Positions 61,655 to 64,000 of a DNA stretch of 64,000 nucleotides are shown piece after piece. A model generated the notes under the pieces. That model searched no databases. It was not told the origin of the DNA and was given only the letters and a program-made list of their open reading frames with translations. Made by a program: the position numbers and the translations under genes. Position 1 is the stretch's first letter. Each line of letters opens with the position of its first letter. Source of the stretch: an uncultured Candidatus Entotheonella sp. (GTDB taxonomy: Bacteria; Tectomicrobia; Entotheonellia; Entotheonellales; Entotheonellaceae); NCBI GenBank assembly GCA_965217185.1, contig OZ244252.1, positions 1,888,001 through 1,952,000 of the forward strand, in the 5' to 3' direction.

Positions 61655-63037
61655 ATGCAGGACGAACCCACCAGCTTACGTATCGAGGACCCGGGCATTC
61701 GGAGCCTGTTCTCGGAGGCGGCGCGCTACCAGGCGTGGCTGGACGTCGAAGCCGCCCTGGCGCAGGCGCAAGCGGAACTCGACATCATCCCGGCAGAAGC
61801 GGCGGCGGAGATCACCCGCAAGGCGAAACTTTCGTACCTCGACATGGACGCCGTCCGGGAGGGTCTGGCGCGCACCGGGCACCCCCTGGTGCCGCTGGTC
61901 TGGGAGCTGGACCGGGTATGCGACGGTGACGCCGGCGGCTACGTGCACTGGGGCGCAACGACGCAGAACATCACGCAGACCGGACAACTGCTGCTGGTGC
62001 GTCGGGCGCATACGATCTTCCTCACCCAAATCGCCGCCCTGCTCAACCTGCTGGCCGACCTCGCCGAGGAGACCAAGGACGCCCTGCTGCCGGGTCGAAC
62101 GCATGGCCAGCACGCGGTTCCAGCGACTTTCGGCTACAAGGTGGCGGTATGGATCGACGAGTTGTGCCGCCACGTGGAACGCCTGCGCGGCTGCGAGGAG
62201 CGCGTCTTCGTCGCCATGTTGGGCGGCGGTGCCGGCACGCTGGCGTCGTTGGGCGAGCTGGGGCTGCCGACGCAGGCGTTGATGGCGCAGCGTCTTGGCA
62301 TGACGCCCATGCCGGTGCCGTCGCGCACCTTGGGCGACCATCAGGCAGAGTACGTGAGCCTGCTCGGCCTGCTTGCTGCCACCTGCAGCAAAATCGGGCG
62401 GGAAATTTACACGCTCATGAAGCAGGAATTCGGCGAGGTGGAGGAGCCGGTACCGACGGGCACGGTGGGCAGCAGCACGATGCCGCAAAAACGCAATCCC
62501 AAGCTGGCGCAGGACGTCGTGGCGGCGGCGGCGCAGGTGCGCGCCCTGGTGCCGTTGGCGCTGGAGGCCATGCAGACCGAGCACGAGGCCGACCGCACGA
62601 CCAGCGTCATGATGCAGCGCGCCATCAGCGAGGCGTGCGGCCTGACGGGCGATATCCTGCAACGGCTCATCGCGCTGTTCTCGGGCCTGCAGGTTTTTCC
62701 CGAACGCATGCGCCGCAACCTCGACCTGAGCGGCGGCCTGATCATGGCGGAGGCGCTGATGCTCGAACTCGGCCAGCAGATGGGCCGGCAGCGGGCGCAC
62801 GACGTCATCTACGATCTGGCGCAGGCCGCGGTGACCGAGGAACAGTCATTTCAAGAATTGTTGGCCGCCGATCCTGCGGTCCGGGGTCACCTGAGCGACG
62901 AGCAGGTCGCCGCCCTGCTGGATCCGGGCCGCTACACCGGCATGTGCCGTCATTTCGCCGAGCAGGGCGCCATCCAGGCCCGCGAGACCGCGGCGGCAAT
63001 CGGCCGTCGCACCATCACCGAACGACCCTCAATTTGA
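61655..63037 (+). CDS. Adenylosuccinate lyase / 3-carboxymuconate cycloisomerase family protein
   Basis: HWGATTQN, GRTHGQHA and GSSTMPQKRNP motifs. Confidence 0.9.
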   Translation: MQDEPTSLRIEDPGIRSLFSEAARYQAWLDVEAALAQAQAELDIIPAEAAAEITRKAKLSYLDMDAVREGLARTGHPLVPLVWELDRVCDGDAGGYVHWGATTQNITQTGQLLLVRRAHTIFLTQIAALLNLLADLAEETKDALLPGRTHGQHAVPATFGYKVAVWIDELCRHVERLRGCEERVFVAMLGGGAGTLASLGELGLPTQALMAQRLGMTPMPVPSRTLGDHQAEYVSLLGLLAATCSKIGREIYTLMKQEFGEVEEPVPTGTVGSSTMPQKRNPKLAQDVVAAAAQVRALVPLALEAMQTEHEADRTTSVMMQRAISEACGLTGDILQRLIALFSGLQVFPERMRRNLDLSGGLIMAEALMLELGQQMGRQRAHDVIYDLAQAAVTEEQSFQELLAADPAVRGHLSDEQVAALLDPGRYTGMCRHFAEQGAIQARETAAAIGRRTITERPSI

Positions 63038-63054
63038 TCAGGAGAAACCGAGTC

Positions 63055-63945
63055 ATGGCCAGTCCCGAACTTACCGACCTCATTACCCTGCTGAAGTCCA
63101 GGCCCGTGGTGGAAAATCCACCGGTGGCCGACATGCGAAAGGGCTTCGACGTTCTGGCGTCCAAATTCCCCCTCACACCGGAATTCACCTTCACCCGCAT
63201 CGACGCTGGCGGTGTGCCGGCCGCCTGGGTTGAAGCCCCCGGCGCCGACTCTGGGCGCACCCTGCTGTACCTGCACGGCGGCGGGTATGTCATCGGCTCC
63301 ATCGACACGCACCGCGAATTGGCCGGTCGGCTGTCGCAGGCCGCCGCGGCGCGCGTGCTCATCATTGACTACCGACTCGCGCCCGAGTACCCGTACCCCG
63401 CTGCGGTCGAGGACGCGGCTGCAGCCTACCGCTGGATGTTGGCCAACGGTGCCGATCCGGCCCGTGCGGTCATTGCCGGCGATTCGGCGGGCGGCGGCCT
63501 GACGGTGGCCACCATGCTTGCCCTGCGCGAATCGGGCGATCCGCTGCCGGCCGCCGGCGTGTGCTTGTCCCCATGGGTGGACATGGAAGGCATCGGCGAT
63601 TCCATGACCGGCAAGGCGGACGTTGATCCCATGGTGCGGCATGAGGGACTGGTGCGCATGGCGAGCCTTTACCTGAACGGCGCCGACCCGCGCACGCCGT
63701 TGGCGGCGCCCCTTTACGCCGACTTGAGCGGTCTGCCGCCATTGCTGATTCACGTCGGCACCGCCGAAACGCTGCTGGATGACGCCGTCCGCCTCGCCGA
63801 CCGCGCCAAAGCGGCCGGCGTGGACGTCACCTTCGAGTCATGGGACGACATGATTCACGTCTGGCATATCTTCGCGCCGCTGCTCCCCGAAGGGCAGCAG
63901 GCCATCGAGCGGGTGGGCGCGTACGTGCGCCAGCGGGCGGCGTAG
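63055..63945 (+). CDS. Family IV (HSL-like) esterase
   Basis: LHGGGY, DYRLAPE, GDSAGG and MIHVW motifs. Confidence 0.93.
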   Translation: MASPELTDLITLLKSRPVVENPPVADMRKGFDVLASKFPLTPEFTFTRIDAGGVPAAWVEAPGADSGRTLLYLHGGGYVIGSIDTHRELAGRLSQAAAARVLIIDYRLAPEYPYPAAVEDAAAAYRWMLANGADPARAVIAGDSAGGGLTVATMLALRESGDPLPAAGVCLSPWVDMEGIGDSMTGKADVDPMVRHEGLVRMASLYLNGADPRTPLAAPLYADLSGLPPLLIHVGTAETLLDDAVRLADRAKAAGVDVTFESWDDMIHVWHIFAPLLPEGQQAIERVGAYVRQRAA

Positions 63946-64000
63946 GCCGTTGTTGACAGGCCAACGGACGTTCACTAGCATGGGCGCCCTATCTGAACCT

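Noticed and set aside
62149..63054. N-terminal extension of the 598-aa esterase ORF
   Set aside because: It is an alternative frame of the lyase gene; the real start is at 63055 after AGGAG.

Overview
GC-rich bacterial chromosome segment. The rho-rpmE-prfA-prmC-hisBHF order and gene content suggest a deltaproteobacteria-like or Tectomicrobia-like organism, possibly host-associated; this is inference only. Housekeeping and catabolic genes alternate with accessory DNA. Highlights: (1) Two candidate defence operons flank cinA. One is an intact five-gene operon (coiled-coil/wHTH-like protein, Walker-degenerate DUF2791/BrxD-like protein, intact DUF2791/BrxD-like ATPase, hypothetical, SNF2 helicase; 22045-27436). 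The other is a decaying operon (PD-(D/E)XK nuclease, wHTH-like protein, frameshifted AAA+ ATPase; 16699-20315). Neither matches the canonical BREX or Shango layouts. (2) A GrdB-like selenoprotein is missed by the ORF track. It has an in-frame UGA and a SECIS-like hairpin, its UxxCxxC motif reads UxxGxxS, and its GrdE-like partner lacks the pyruvoyl-forming Cys. (3) An RCK-type K+ channel homologue lacks the pore helix and selectivity filter. (4) An IS481 element disrupts a NYN nuclease; there is also a type ISP/IIG-like RM enzyme and several orphan antitoxins. (5) A decaying region (53-61 kb) holds inverted LysR duplicates, duplicated PAS-LuxR regulators with a shared palindromic operator, and RTX/PKD adhesin remnants. 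REP-like and MITE-like repeats are dispersed through the window. No rRNA, tRNA or CRISPR array was recognised.
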